A stretch of 64,000 nt of DNA, from NCBI GenBank assembly GCA_951406725.2, contig OX597816.1:108748001-108812000 (forward strand), written 5' to 3'. This DNA is from Octopus vulgaris. Its lineage: Eukaryota. How positions within the stretch are numbered: position 1 is the first letter of the stretch; every line of letters begins with the position of its first letter. This document shows, one piece after another, positions 13,263 through 25,768 of the stretch. The position numbers and the translations under genes are program-made. Below the pieces are notes generated by a model. The model was not told where the DNA came from and did not search any database. It saw only the letters and a program-made list of their open reading frames with translations.

Positions 13263-15734
13263 GTTGGGGAAAAAAGTCAAAATTGAAGAAGTTGATGGGG
13301 AAAGGTGGGGAAAAAATTTCACAATGCCGATTTTTGGCAATTTTCTGGAACTGCCATATCTGAAAACGGGGATTTTTGGCAAAAAAAAAAAAAAAAAAAA
13401 CTAATTTGGGAGAAAATGGGGCGTGGGTGGGTGGAAGTTTTTTCGTGGTTATTTCTGATGCTAAAAGCCCACCTTTTTATACTGCTACAAAAATCAAGGA
13501 TGAATAAGAGCTCAACATTCTCAGTAATGTATGAGAAAATTAACTTCAATCTGCTCTATTTGTCCTAGTTAAAAAGAGAAAACTCTACAACAACAACAAC
13601 AACAACAACCTGTGCTTACACTAACAATGATGGTTGTCTCACATAGTTCAAGAAAGGTTCTGCAATTTCTTGCTGAACACTCTGCATACATGATTTATTT
13701 ATGGTGATTAAGCGTATGTGGTGTACATTAGCTCACTTCCTCCATCATATTGATGTTGCCTGAACATGTGCTCAATGTACCATGAGAAAGAAGGTTCTGC
13801 AATTCTGCTGAAGAATCTGCACACAAAATTTGTTTATAGTGATCGAATGTATGTGCTGTACGTTAACTCTCTCCTTACTTGAAATCGATGTTGCCTGAAA
13901 AGGTGCATGCTGTACAACAAACATATGAGGAGATGCAGTGTCTGTATTGTTTAACATTCACTATCCCATGCTTGCATGAATCAGACAGACAGCTCTTGCT
14001 ATTGCCATCCCTCACCTCTTTCCAAGCAAGGTAATATATCACCATAGTCAGAGATGTTTTACATGAAAGACAGGAAATCAACAACATCACTTGTATGATG
14101 ATGATGCTCATTTACAACCATCACATGATATCAACACACACACACACAAACACACACTTGCATGCACGCATACACACACAGACACATATACACACACACA
14201 CTCACATGCACATACACATATACACACATTCGTACACACACGCATACATACTCATACACACACTCACACTGTCTCTTTCTCCCACACACACATGTATGTT
14301 ACAGGCTTCTTTCAGTTTCTGTCCACCAAACCCATTCACAAAGCTTTGGTTATACTGGGGTTATAAAAGAAGGGACTTCCTTAAGGTGCTGCTCAATGCA
14401 ATGGAACCCCAAACCAAATGGCTGGGAAGCAAGCTCCTTGACCACACAGCCATGCTTGTGCCTTTCACTTCTTCCTGCCCCCCTCTCTCTATCTATCTAT
14501 TTCTCTCTTTTTGAACAGGCTATGTTGGGCTATGAGAATGGTTGGGGTTGGGACTACTGACAGTGTTCCTTTCTTCTGAAATGGAGATGGGTTGATTGAA
14601 GAAAAAACTTTTGTTACTGGAACCCTCCAAGAATTGAACAATGTATTGTACAGTATGGAATGGAAATAAAGAAGAAAAATTATTGAATAACTAATGATAT
14701 AGCAAACAGATATGGTCACTAAAGGAGTGGTATGACTGTTGTAGTGGTGGTAGTTAGAGGTGACAATGATGAAGTTGATGGTAGTGGTACCAACATTTAT
14801 GATAAATGTATTGCTGGTAATGGTGGTAAAGGAAACGTACTAATCATCATCATTGTCATCATTGTTGTAGTTATCATCATCATTGTCATTGTCATCATCA
14901 TCACCACCAAAACCACAGCCGCCACTATTGCCACCACTGTTACCATTGCTGCTGCTGCAGCCATTGCAGCCACTGCTACCACCACAACCACCACTGCTGC
15001 CGCTGTTGCCACCACCACCACTGCCACCGCTGCCAGTGCTGCTGCCGCTGCCGCTACTACCATCGCTACTGTGCTATTTAATGTCCAAGTTCCTTCCATG
15101 CTGGCATGGGTTTGATGGTTTGACCCCCTTGGATCCAAGGACTGCATTAGCATGTTTCTATGTCTAGATGCCCTTCCTGACACCAACTATTCTACAGTGT
15201 GTACTGGGTGCTTTTTCTATACCCCCAGTACTATTAAAGTTGCCATGCAACTTGCAAGACTATGAGCCCCAAGGAATGTGGGGGTGGGGTTGGGGGACAG
15301 CTTTATGCTGGGAGATGGTAAAGACCCCCTTCAGTCATGAATGATCATGGGATTGCACCTAGAAAGTTCCCCTCCGAGGCACAAGTCTGGGCAAGGTTGT
15401 TTATGGAAGACCAACAGTCACCCATGCACACCAGTCTCCCCTCTCCATGCTACCGGTGTTATCCAAGGGAAAAGGCAAAGGCAGATACAACTTGGCACCA
15501 GTGACATCGCATCTCATTTTAACAGCTAAGTGAAGTGGAGCAACATGAAATGAAGTATCTTGCTCAAGAACACAACAATCTGGGAATCGAACTTATTACC
15601 TCATGATTGTGAGCCCGATGCTTTAATCACTGAGCCATGTGCCTTTGCTGGGAGATGAGGGATTAAAGTATTAGAGAAGTGGGGAGATGGCAGAGCAGGT
15701 TCTTGGAGAAGAGCTGCATGGTTACTCATAGTTA

Positions 15735-15795
<61 letters not shown>

Positions 15796-17444
15796 TGATT
15801 TGTAGGAGCTGTGAAGAGATAGATATTAGGGATGAGGTGTCCAGGTGACTCTTCAAGGCATGTGGTGAGTATAAGTGGGTGGCTTGGGTGGGGGATTGCC
15901 AGACTATGAGGAGCAGAAGATGAGGGGGAAGGAAAGGCAACTGGCAACTGTAAAGAAAAGTGATGGTGGTGGTGGTAGTAATGGTAGAAGTAGTACCAGT
16001 ATGAACTGTAATAATAAGGGTGATGGTAATGGTAACGTTGATAGTGAAAGTGGTGAGAACAATGAAGGAAATATCTGATGGTTATTGATGGAAGTGACAA
16101 TGATGGTGATGATGATGATGATGATGACGACGACGACGACGATGATGATGATGGTGATGGTGATGATGACGACGACGACGATGATGATGATTAAATTGTT
16201 GGTGGGAAGAAATATTAAAGACAGGGAAGAGGTGAGAAATTGGAAGATCATTATATAAAAAAAAAAAGAATGATTGGGAGAGGAATTTTTCTTTTCATTT
16301 AATGCTTGAGTAAATCAATGGAGAAAACATTAAATAAATAAATAAATAAATAAAAGACAAACAACAACAGCAACAACAAGAACAACAATAACAACTACAA
16401 AGAAATAAAAAAAAGAAACAAATAAAATGGCGAACAACCTCTTCATATATTCTATTGATTTCTGTGATTTTAACCAACAGCTGTGATTACGGAACAATGA
16501 ATGTTCTATATATGTTCAGGAAAATGATTGTTAATATATTTTAAAACAAAAGATTAAATACCAGCACTGGTTTGGTGTTTTGCTGCTGAGATTTTTAATG
16601 AACTAATAGTAAATATGCTGAAACCAATGGGAGGGAAGGAAAAAAGAATGTACAGAAAGAGAAAGACAAAAAAAAAAAAAAACCAAAACCCCAGAACATA
16701 AAGAGCTAAAATATAAAAGACAACCAGATGGAGAAGCAGCTCAAATTAGAATGGATCTTTGAAACCAATCTTACATTATAATTTCTCTTCTCTTATTCAT
16801 TTAAGCTATCTTTATTTTTACTTGCTAAGCTTAAATATCATCACTGTTAAATTTGTTTTCTTTTCTATTTCCTTTACATATATGCAGTTTTTAGACTTAG
16901 TTACAAATTGAAAAATAATTACTTTCAGTTATTCACTTATGAGTGATTTTAATTTTTATAATATCCTATACTAAAAGCATGATTAATGTATTTTAATCAA
17001 TTTACCATAAGTTTTTTTTTGAAGTTTGCAGAATCTCTTTTTCAATCTGAGATTGAAGCAGTATATTTTATCTTTTGTTTTTTTTTATCTTTCACTTGTT
17101 TCAGTCATTGGACTGTGGCCATGATGGGGCACTGCCTTGAAGAGTTTAGCCAAACGAATTGACACTGGTACTTGTTATAAGTCCGCTTGCTACTTAATTT
17201 ACTAACCTCTTTTGCCAATCTGTTTAAGTTACAGACATATTGCAAACAAACTAATCCCAGTTGTTAAACTGTGGAGGTAGCAAATACAACACAAGAACGA
17301 ACACACATGTGCACACACACACACACACACACACAGAGACACACTCACACACACACACAGAGACACACACACACACACACACAGAGACACACACACACAC
17401 ACACAAATGCACAAAACTACTGGCAGGACATAAATATATATATA

Positions 17445-17716
17445 TCGATCAAATCGAAATCGATCAAAAGTCAATGGAAATTATAGTTGTGATATTTGTG
17501 CCGGTGGCACGTAAAAAGCACCATCCGAACGTGGCCGTTGCCAGCCTCGCCTGGCACGTAAAAAGCACCCACTACACTCACGGAGTGGTTGGCGTTAGGA
17601 AGGGCATCCAGCTGTAGAAACACTGTTAGATCAGACTTGAGCCTGGCTTCCCAGACCACGGTTGAACCGTCCAACCCATGCTAGCATGGAAAACGGATGT
17701 TAAACGATGATAATGA

Positions 17717-17720
<4 letters not shown>
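17445..17720 (+). mobile_element. RTE 3'UTR-derived repeat
   Basis: ggttggcgttaggaagggcatccagctgtagaaac..ccaacccatgctagcatggaaaacgg followed by (GAT)n. Confidence 0.8.
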
Positions 17721-17764
<44 letters not shown>

Positions 17765-18293
17765 GCCAGTAGTTTTATATCATCATCATCATTTAACGTC
17801 TATTTTTCATGCTGGCATGGGTTGGATGGTTTGACAGGAGTTGGGCAGCTGATGAGCTGTCTGGTCTCCATGTCTGTTTTAGCATGGTCTGTATGGCTGT
17901 GGGCTTTCTCACTGTTTCCATCTATCAAATCTACTTGCAAGGCATTGGTATTCATCGACTCAGGGCTATTAGTAGAAGACACCAGCCCCAGTGCAGAGCA
18001 GCGAAACTGATCCCAAAAATATATGGTTGCAAAGTGAGTTTGTTAATTACACAATCATACCTGCATTGGTATAAAAAAAGGAAAATCAAAAAGGCAAAAC
18101 CTGCTTGCATGTCCCAAGTTTATTCAGTTCTATATTTAAGAGATGAGGAATTATGTACATTATTTACATTATTTACATTTGACGGATATTTGTTTGTTGT
18201 TAACATGTTTTGGCTGATATACCCTCCAGCCTTCATCAGTTCTCTTGGGGAAATTTCAAACCTGGGTTCTCATTCCTAAGGTATTTTTCGATG

Positions 18294-18329
<36 letters not shown>

Positions 18330-18499
18330 TCCTGAATGAGCTTATTGTATTCAATACTCAGGTGCACTACAACTCATTGGAAAATGGTAAAATAGGGGCT
18401 AGAAATCAGTATTAAGTCAAATAAAGAAAGAAAGTAATAAAAGCTAAAAGTTCATGTGTAGTACTCAGAATAAAACTCAAAGAGATCAGTAAAAGAGCT

Positions 18500-18720
18500 A
18501 GAAAGAAAGAAATGATGCATAGGCATGTCAGGAGTAGAAATGCTAAATTTTGGGAAGCATGGAATTTTTGAAAGAAGACTTCCAATCAGATGGGAAGATG
18601 ATTTAAGAAAAATGTTTGGAACAACGTGGAGGAGAATGGCTAAAGTACAAGGGAATGGAGTAAATGCTGTGGCCAAGTGTCGTCTATATGGAGAATCACT
18701 GGATCTCATCTGTGGACTAT
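18500..18720 (+). mobile_element. Short 3' fragment of another RTE-like LINE
   Basis: RLPIRWEDDLRKMFGTTWRRMAK resembles the RTE ORF C-terminus; tail similar to 20935-20980. Confidence 0.55.
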
Positions 18721-18746
18721 ATATATATATATATATATATATATCT

Positions 18747-19355
18747 CGTCATCATCATCATCGTTTAACTTCCACTTTCCATGCTAGCATGGGTTGGACG
18801 ATTTGACTGAGGACTGGCAAACCAGATGGCTACATCAGGCTCCAATCTGATCTGGCAGAGTTTCTACAGCTGGATGCTCTTCCTAATGCCAACCACTCTG
18901 AGAGTGTAGTGGGTACTTTTACATGTCACTGGCATGAGGGCCATTCAGTCGGTACTGGCAATGGCAATGCTCAAATGGTGTTTTTTATGTGCCATCTGCA
19001 CAGGAGCCAGTCCAGTGGCACTGGCAATGACCTCGCTCGAATGCTTTTTCACGTGCCACCGGCACAAGTGCCAGTGAGGTGACGCTGGTAATGATCACGC
19101 TCAAATGGTGCTTTTTGTGTGCCACCAGCATGGAAGCCAGTCAGCTGCTCTGGCAACGATCATGGTGCAACGGATGGTGCTCTTAGTGCTCCACTAGCAC
19201 GGATGCCAGTCAACGAATTTGATTTCGATTTCACTTGTCTCAACAGGTCTTTACAAGCTGAGTTTAGTGTCCAATGAATGAAAGGTATGCATAAATGGGC
19301 TGGTTACACACCTGGCATAGGCCACAGGTTATGGTCTCACTTGGCTTGCCAGGTC
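18747..19355 (-). mobile_element. RTE 3'UTR copy with internal subrepeats
   Basis: Same family as 21070-21540 and 62220-62760. Confidence 0.8.
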
Positions 19356-19404
19356 TTATATACATATATATATATATATAGACAGATGGATATAGTTATA
19401 TTTT

Positions 19405-19665
19405 TGTTTATTATATAGACAGCACTGTGAAGTGCTCAGGTAGACAACCTGAGATGTTATATGTATTATATTTAAAAGGAAAATTCAGGTAGGTTCAACA
19501 ATTTAGAATAATAATACAACATATACTCAGCCAGGTGATGGAATTTTTGAAGGATGCAGTGCCCTGATAGCTAATGACTGATGTGAATAGTTTATTCCAT
19601 GTTACAGCAATTCTAAGTGTGAGAAAATGTGTCTGAAAGTCATGGGTGCTGTTCTGTCTTTTTTC
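19405..19665 (-). mobile_element. CR1-like LINE 3' end; 3'UTR repeated at 22620-22752
   Basis: Minus-strand translation HFLTLRIAVTWNKLFTSVISYQGTASFKN resembles the CR1 ORF2 terminus (FF..R....WN.LP..V.....SFK); ~130 bp tail duplicated. Confidence 0.65.
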
Positions 19666-20147
19666 TTTAATTTTTGTTAGTATGACACATAACTTAGTTG
19701 TTCAACAAACAGAAATTGATAAAATAGTTAATCAACTGAAATATGTATTAGGGTCAATATGATCAACTTAAAGCTTGAAGGTGGTACTCTAGCGTGGTTG
19801 TAGTCCAATGACTAAATCATCATCATCATCATCGTTTAACGTCCGCTTTCCATGCTAGCATGGGTTTTAAATCAGTAAAAAAGCAAATAACTGTGTATGA
19901 AAGAAGAGGCAGAGGAGAAACTGCCTTGGTTGTGTATTTCATTGCATTGGATATGTGCATACTTGAGTGTAAGAATGTATGTGTATGTGTGTGTGTGTGA
20001 AAGTATGTGAAAGTGTGCATACATGGGAGAGAGGGGGAGGGAGAGAAAAAAAGAAAGAGAGAAGGGAGAGAGGGAGTGAAAGAGTGAGAAAGAAAGGGAA
20101 GAGAGGGAGAGAGAAAAAGAGAGGGGGGAGACATGGTGGAGATAGAG

Positions 20148-20215
<68 letters not shown>

Positions 20216-20622
20216 GCTGTAATGATATGTGCATTACAACGTATGTTGCTGTGGAAAGCAGATAATATGTGTCAGACATATGTCTGTTTAAATACATGCA
20301 CAGAAGTGGGTGTAAATCCACCCCCACACACACATATACATATATACATATGCACATGTATGCCCACCAAGCATAAACAGGACAAAAAGTATTAACACAC
20401 ATATATTATGTCAGCATCTCCTCTACTCCCACCCCATTGTTATTACTCTTGTCCTTGTCCTTATTGTATTGTTTATCATTGCTATTACTCTAACATAATA
20501 ATGTAAAGTCATTGTCACAGAATGATTGTAAGATTCAGAATTGATGTTACTTTCATTGAGAAAACCTTGCACAAACAACAAAATGATTTTAATATAGGGC
20601 TATGCTATATATGTATATATAT

Positions 20623-20830
20623 AGGCAATTATGTGGATTTAAATATATTAAATATATTAAAAATATTAAATATAATAGTTTGGGTATGAAATACCAAATA
20701 TGCATATATGTATACATGAATGTATACATATGTACATTTATGTATGAATATGTACATATTTTGTATTTTATACCCAAACTATTATATCTAATATATTTAG
20801 TGTATCTAATTTGTTTATCCACATAATTGT
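20623..20830. repeat. ~205 bp imperfect palindrome (foldback)
   Basis: ggcaattatgtggat..tataatagtttgggtatgaaatac / gtatttttatacccaaactattata..atccacataattgtc. Confidence 0.85.
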
Positions 20831-20979
20831 CTCTATACCCGCTCGACAGGATCCATCTTATAGCCTTTCTTTATCTTGTGGAATTGATACCCTGTAAAGA
20901 CACTGGAGTCTAAGTTTGAATCTTTTGAGCCCTATCAAGTGTTGTCTATATAGAGAATCTCTGGATCCCATGTGTGGAC

Positions 20980-21011
<32 letters not shown>

Positions 21012-21069
21012 CATGTCTGTCCTTGTTTGTCCCCTCTGTGTTTAGCCCCTTGTGGGTAGTAAAGAAATA

Positions 21070-22617
21070 TCATCATCATCATCATCGTTTAACGTCCGTT
21101 TTCTGCGCTAGCACGGGTTGGACGGTTTGACCGGGGTCTGGGAAGCCAGGAGGCTGCACCAGGCTCCAGTCTGATCTGGTTGTGTTTCTACATCTGGATG
21201 CCCTTCCTAACGCCAACCACTCCGCGAGTGTAGTGGGTGCTTTTTTACGTGCCACCGGCACAGGTGCCAGGGGAGTCTGGCAGCGGCCATGATCAGTTGG
21301 TGCTTTTAACGTGCCACTGACATGGAAGCCAGTCAAGGCAGCACTGGCATCGGCCACGCTCGGATGTGCTTTTTACGTGCCACCGGCACAGAAGCCAGTC
21401 GAGGTGGCGCTGGCATTGGCCACATTCAGATGGTGCTTTTTATGTGTCACCAGCACAGGTATCACAACTACTATTTCCATTGATATTTATTTCGATGTTC
21501 ATGTACTTGACTCAATAGGTCTCCTCAAGCACAGCGGGTTGTTCTGAAATCCAAGGTACTTTGAATGGGCAGGGGCTATGCGGGACTGGTGCAGGAAGCA
21601 GCCCGGGTCTTTGCAGTCACAGCATATCTCCAGAGATCTCGGTCCTTCGTCATTGCCTCTGTGAGGCCCAACGCTCTGAGGTCATGCTTGACTACCTCAT
21701 CCCATGTCTTCCTGGGTCTACCTCTCCCCCTGATACCTTCAACTGTTTGGGAGTGGCACTTCTTCACACATCTCTCCTCATCCATCCGCAGTACATGACC
21801 ATACCATCGAAAGCGTTGCTCTTGCACACCACATCTGATGCTTCTTATGTCCAATATTTCTCTCAGGGTGCTTACACTCTGTCGTGCACGCACACTGATA
21901 TTACACATCCAGCGGATCATGTTAGCTTCATTTCTTTCAAGTCTACACGTCTTCTGCAGTCACAGCCCATGTTTCACTTCCGTGAAGCATGGCAGTTCGC
22001 ACACATGCATCATACAATCTACCTTTCACTCTGAGTGAGAGACCCTTTGTCACCAGTAGGGGTAGGAGCTTTCTAAACTTTGCCCAGGCTATTCGTATTC
22101 TAGTGGTGACACTCTCTGAGCATCCACCTCCACTACTAACTTGGTCACCCAGGTAGCGGAAACTATCAACTACTTCTAGTTTCTCCTCCTGGAGTGTGAT
22201 GGAATCTGTTTTCTGAGTATCTGGTGTCTATTGTCCCTGTGCATCTGCTGCACATGAAAGCTATCTTATCAGTTAATTTCCCTTTGATGTTGCTGCACCT
22301 CTTATGCATCCATAGCTTACACTGGGTACATCTTATGGAGTTTCTACCTACACCTTTCCTACAGATCGAGCAGGGCCACCTGCCCGAAGGTGTGTGTGCT
22401 GAGTTCGCCTTTCTGCTTACTATAACTTTGGTCTTTGCTACATTTACTCTAAGGCCTTTTGATTCTAACCCTTGCTTCCACACCCAAAATTTCTTTTCTA
22501 GTTCTGGTAGTGATTCTGCTATGAGAGCCAGGTCATCAGCATAAGAGGAGCTCCCAGGGGCAACTTGTTTTGAATTCCTCTGTTATTGACTGGAGGACTA
22601 TGATGAATAAAAGGGGA
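21070..22617 (-). mobile_element. 5'-truncated RTE-clade LINE with PHD-like Cys cluster, 3'UTR and (GAT)n tail
   Basis: RT remnant (PLLFIIV..DLALIAES), CSIC..CTQC..HKRC..CSRC, RIRIAWAKF, RWYGHVLRM..RGRGRPRKTW; 3'UTR ends in the catcatcgtttaacgtcc tail on the + strand. Confidence 0.9.
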
Positions 22618-22899
22618 CAAATTTTTATTATATAGATAGCACTGTGAAGAACTCAGGTAGACAACCTGAGACATTAGATATATATATATTATATTTAAAA
22701 TGAGATTCAGGTAGGTTCAACAATTTAGAATAATAATACAACATACACTCACCCATAAAACCAGTTTACGCAAATTATTAAAATATATTTTATGTATCAC
22801 TCATTAAAATATTAAAAAGTTTTAAAAATTTAACGATACATAAATATATAACAATATAATAGACATATATGGATAGAAAAACTATACTGATGTATAAAA

Positions 22900-24060
22900 A
22901 TATATTAGCATCTTAAAAGGTATATATTGAAGACATTGTCCTACTTGCAGATTAAGAGTGTTATTAAAAAGATACTTAAAAATATATTAAAAAATATAAA
23001 AAAGTAAAATTGTAAACCCTTGTGAAAAGGTAAATAAAGAAATGTTTAAACCAACTTCTTGGATGGCACACTTAGCCTCTATACTAATCTTCCCTAACCA
23101 TATAGAAAACCCAACCAAACTTTCCAGTACTTAAATACTTTCTCTAATCATCCTTGATCAACCCTGAATAGCATGGCAATGGCCATTTTTATTAGAATTT
23201 CAAACTTATCTGCTAATGAGGAGATATTCAACACTCATGCTCCATACTATAACCAAGCTCTAAAATGAAGTGGTTTCAAAGATAAAATATTTTATATCCC
23301 TGATTCAAAACTCAAAATTAAAATTGTCAATCTCCTCATGAGAACTAACCCACAATCTAATACTATGGCCTCCTCTTTAAATAAACCAATTAAATATAAG
23401 AAAAAAAAAAATTTACGGATAACGCCTGAATAAATAATGTGGGATTTAGGAATTACCACCAGAATAAATCTTATAACTCTGATAAACTTAATGAAACAAA
23501 TTATTCAAAATCTAGGAAATGGGAAATTATATGGTTCACTCCAGACTTCTCTCTTCAGGTTAGATCATTACTGAAACTATTCTTTAAAATTTTGAAAGAA
23601 AATTTCCCCAAACATCATGAATACTATCCACTACACCAAATTTAGCATCGATTATAGCCTCCATAAATAGATTCAAACTTAGACTTAAGAAGCCTACTCA
23701 CTCAAATCCTTATAAAAATGATATGCTAGGCCAACCCCTACCAGTTGAGTGTGCTCCGACCTCAGTTAAATGGAAGGTTAATGTTGAAACAAGAAAAAAA
23801 AACAAACATGTAATTGTTGCATCCCAGACTCATGCACACTTGCTGGATCCTGTCTGCTCAGAAATGTAGTTCATAAGCATTATGTAGAGATACCTGCAAC
23901 ACATAGGATAAGGGTTTACATAAGAAGTACTACTAATTTTAAGTGTCGCTATAGGGCTCATTTGAATTCTTTTACTAACTTAAAATAAAAATTCACAACA
24001 ATGTTAGCCACATATATACATGAACTTAAATATATATGAGAAATAATTGAGATTCAGTTG
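22900..24060 (+). mobile_element. Decayed Penelope-like element (RT C-terminus, linker, GIY-YIG endonuclease)
   Basis: IIWFTPDFS..FFKILKENFPKHH, CNCC....C.L.G.CL, VYI.ST..FK.RY..H..SF, LATYIHELK motifs. Confidence 0.75.
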
Positions 24061-24699
24061 AATTAGGTACTTAAGTTGAATTAGTCTGGCATTATCAGCA
24101 CAGCTTGAAGTAAGGTGGATAAAATCAAATTAAGCAACAGGGTATCACTACTTGATATCCACAAAGAGATGCAGCACGAAGCTTTGTCAGTGAACAGGTC
24201 GCAGTCGCAAAGTGAGATAGGGGTTATGAGTGTAACCCACTATGGGATATCATTTATCCAATATGCTGCCAGTGAAGTACCCAAAAGGCTAATACATAAA
24301 TGCTTACAATTGCAATGCAATTAGTTCATTTATTGTATTATATGGGCGAATATAAAATGTTTTACCTCAAATTCATAATACAAAATAAGAAAATGGAGGA
24401 ATAGATTCCTTACAATCATCAACTTACAGATAATACCAATTCATATAATTTATTAACTAATTAATTGGTATTATATGAATTGGTATTATCTGTAAATCCT
24501 TAAATCCTTAAAAATGTTTTAGCCCGAAGGCCGTGGCCATGCTGGGGCACCAATGCTGGGATATGGTGCCCCACCCATGCTAGCATGGAAAGTTTTAAAT
24601 ATAAAACTTACCGCTGTAAGTTGATGATTGTAAAGAATCTATTCCTCCATTTTCTTATTTTGTATTATATATATGTATATATGCATGCATTTATATGTT

Positions 24700-24758
24700 T
24701 CAGACAATAAAAAAACTATGCCATTTTAATCCTGAGCAACGCCGGGTATCTCTGCTAG
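24700..24758 (+). mobile_element. Helitron-like 3' terminus
   Basis: GC-rich hairpin cctgagcaacgccggg followed by CTAG then T. Confidence 0.55.
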
Positions 24759-25768
24759 TACACACACACACACACACACAAATGCATACGACAAAAAGGC
24801 TCATTAACAGACACGACATCAGAAATAATTCTTCACCAGTCTGCTCATTGACAAAAGTGAGGCTATCATCTTAAATTCAAAGATCATCTCTACATTGTGT
24901 AAAGCGTATTTTATTTAATACAGCAGTGTAACTCGAAAAGTATATGGTAGTTCTTTCTAGCAGGACAGGCAATCACAAGCAGTGAAACTTCCAATTTATT
25001 GACTAGTTCGCTCGCTATTTGGTATACAATGACGATCGTTCACTGAACATAACTTCCAAAGGAAGTAAATACGACCACTGACCGAATACGCTCGTAAAGT
25101 AAATACTTTAAAAACCTCGATTTTTTTTTTTTTTCTTTTAGCTTACTATAAATATATGCGAATCTATCATAGTTAGTAATATCTATCCTGCATTCAATTT
25201 GCTTGTGATAGTGATCAGATGTAAGGGAAATAACTCTTATTAAGAAGAGTTATCAACCCTATATCGATCCCCCTTATTAGGTCTGTTGAATTGTATGAGA
25301 AATTTTAACTATGTTTTCGTATTGTATACATACGTGATATAAGATATCATTCACTGAAATATCATATACGAATAAATTAACCCAGATAAATAGCAAAAAT
25401 TATGATATCCATATCGTGCATTGTATAATGTATTTGACCAAGACGTTATCCGTATTGTTTGGTGCTTTTAAATTTTTGACGTCTAAAGAAAGAATTTTGT
25501 TTACTGATAATTTCAGTTGGTTGAAGTTTTCCAGCTCACGATATTTCAAATATTCTTGAATTTCTTCCCTGGTAGAGAAAACTTTCATCGATTCCTTTAT
25601 GCGTACGAAAATAAACATTATCGAAAAGTTACGTGGGAAGTCCAGCGAAGATGGGATGGTCAGAGAATGCTTTTTAAAAAGAAGAATATTTAGTAAAAAG
25701 GAAAGAGAAAGGTGAAAAGGCATATCACTTCATATTTAATACATTCAGTGTTGTGAAGTACCAATTCA

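Noticed and set aside
14732-15186. Ala/Thr/Pro-rich ORFs on both strands
   Set aside because: Mixed trinucleotide repeats running into an RTE 3' tail; no splice or homology support.
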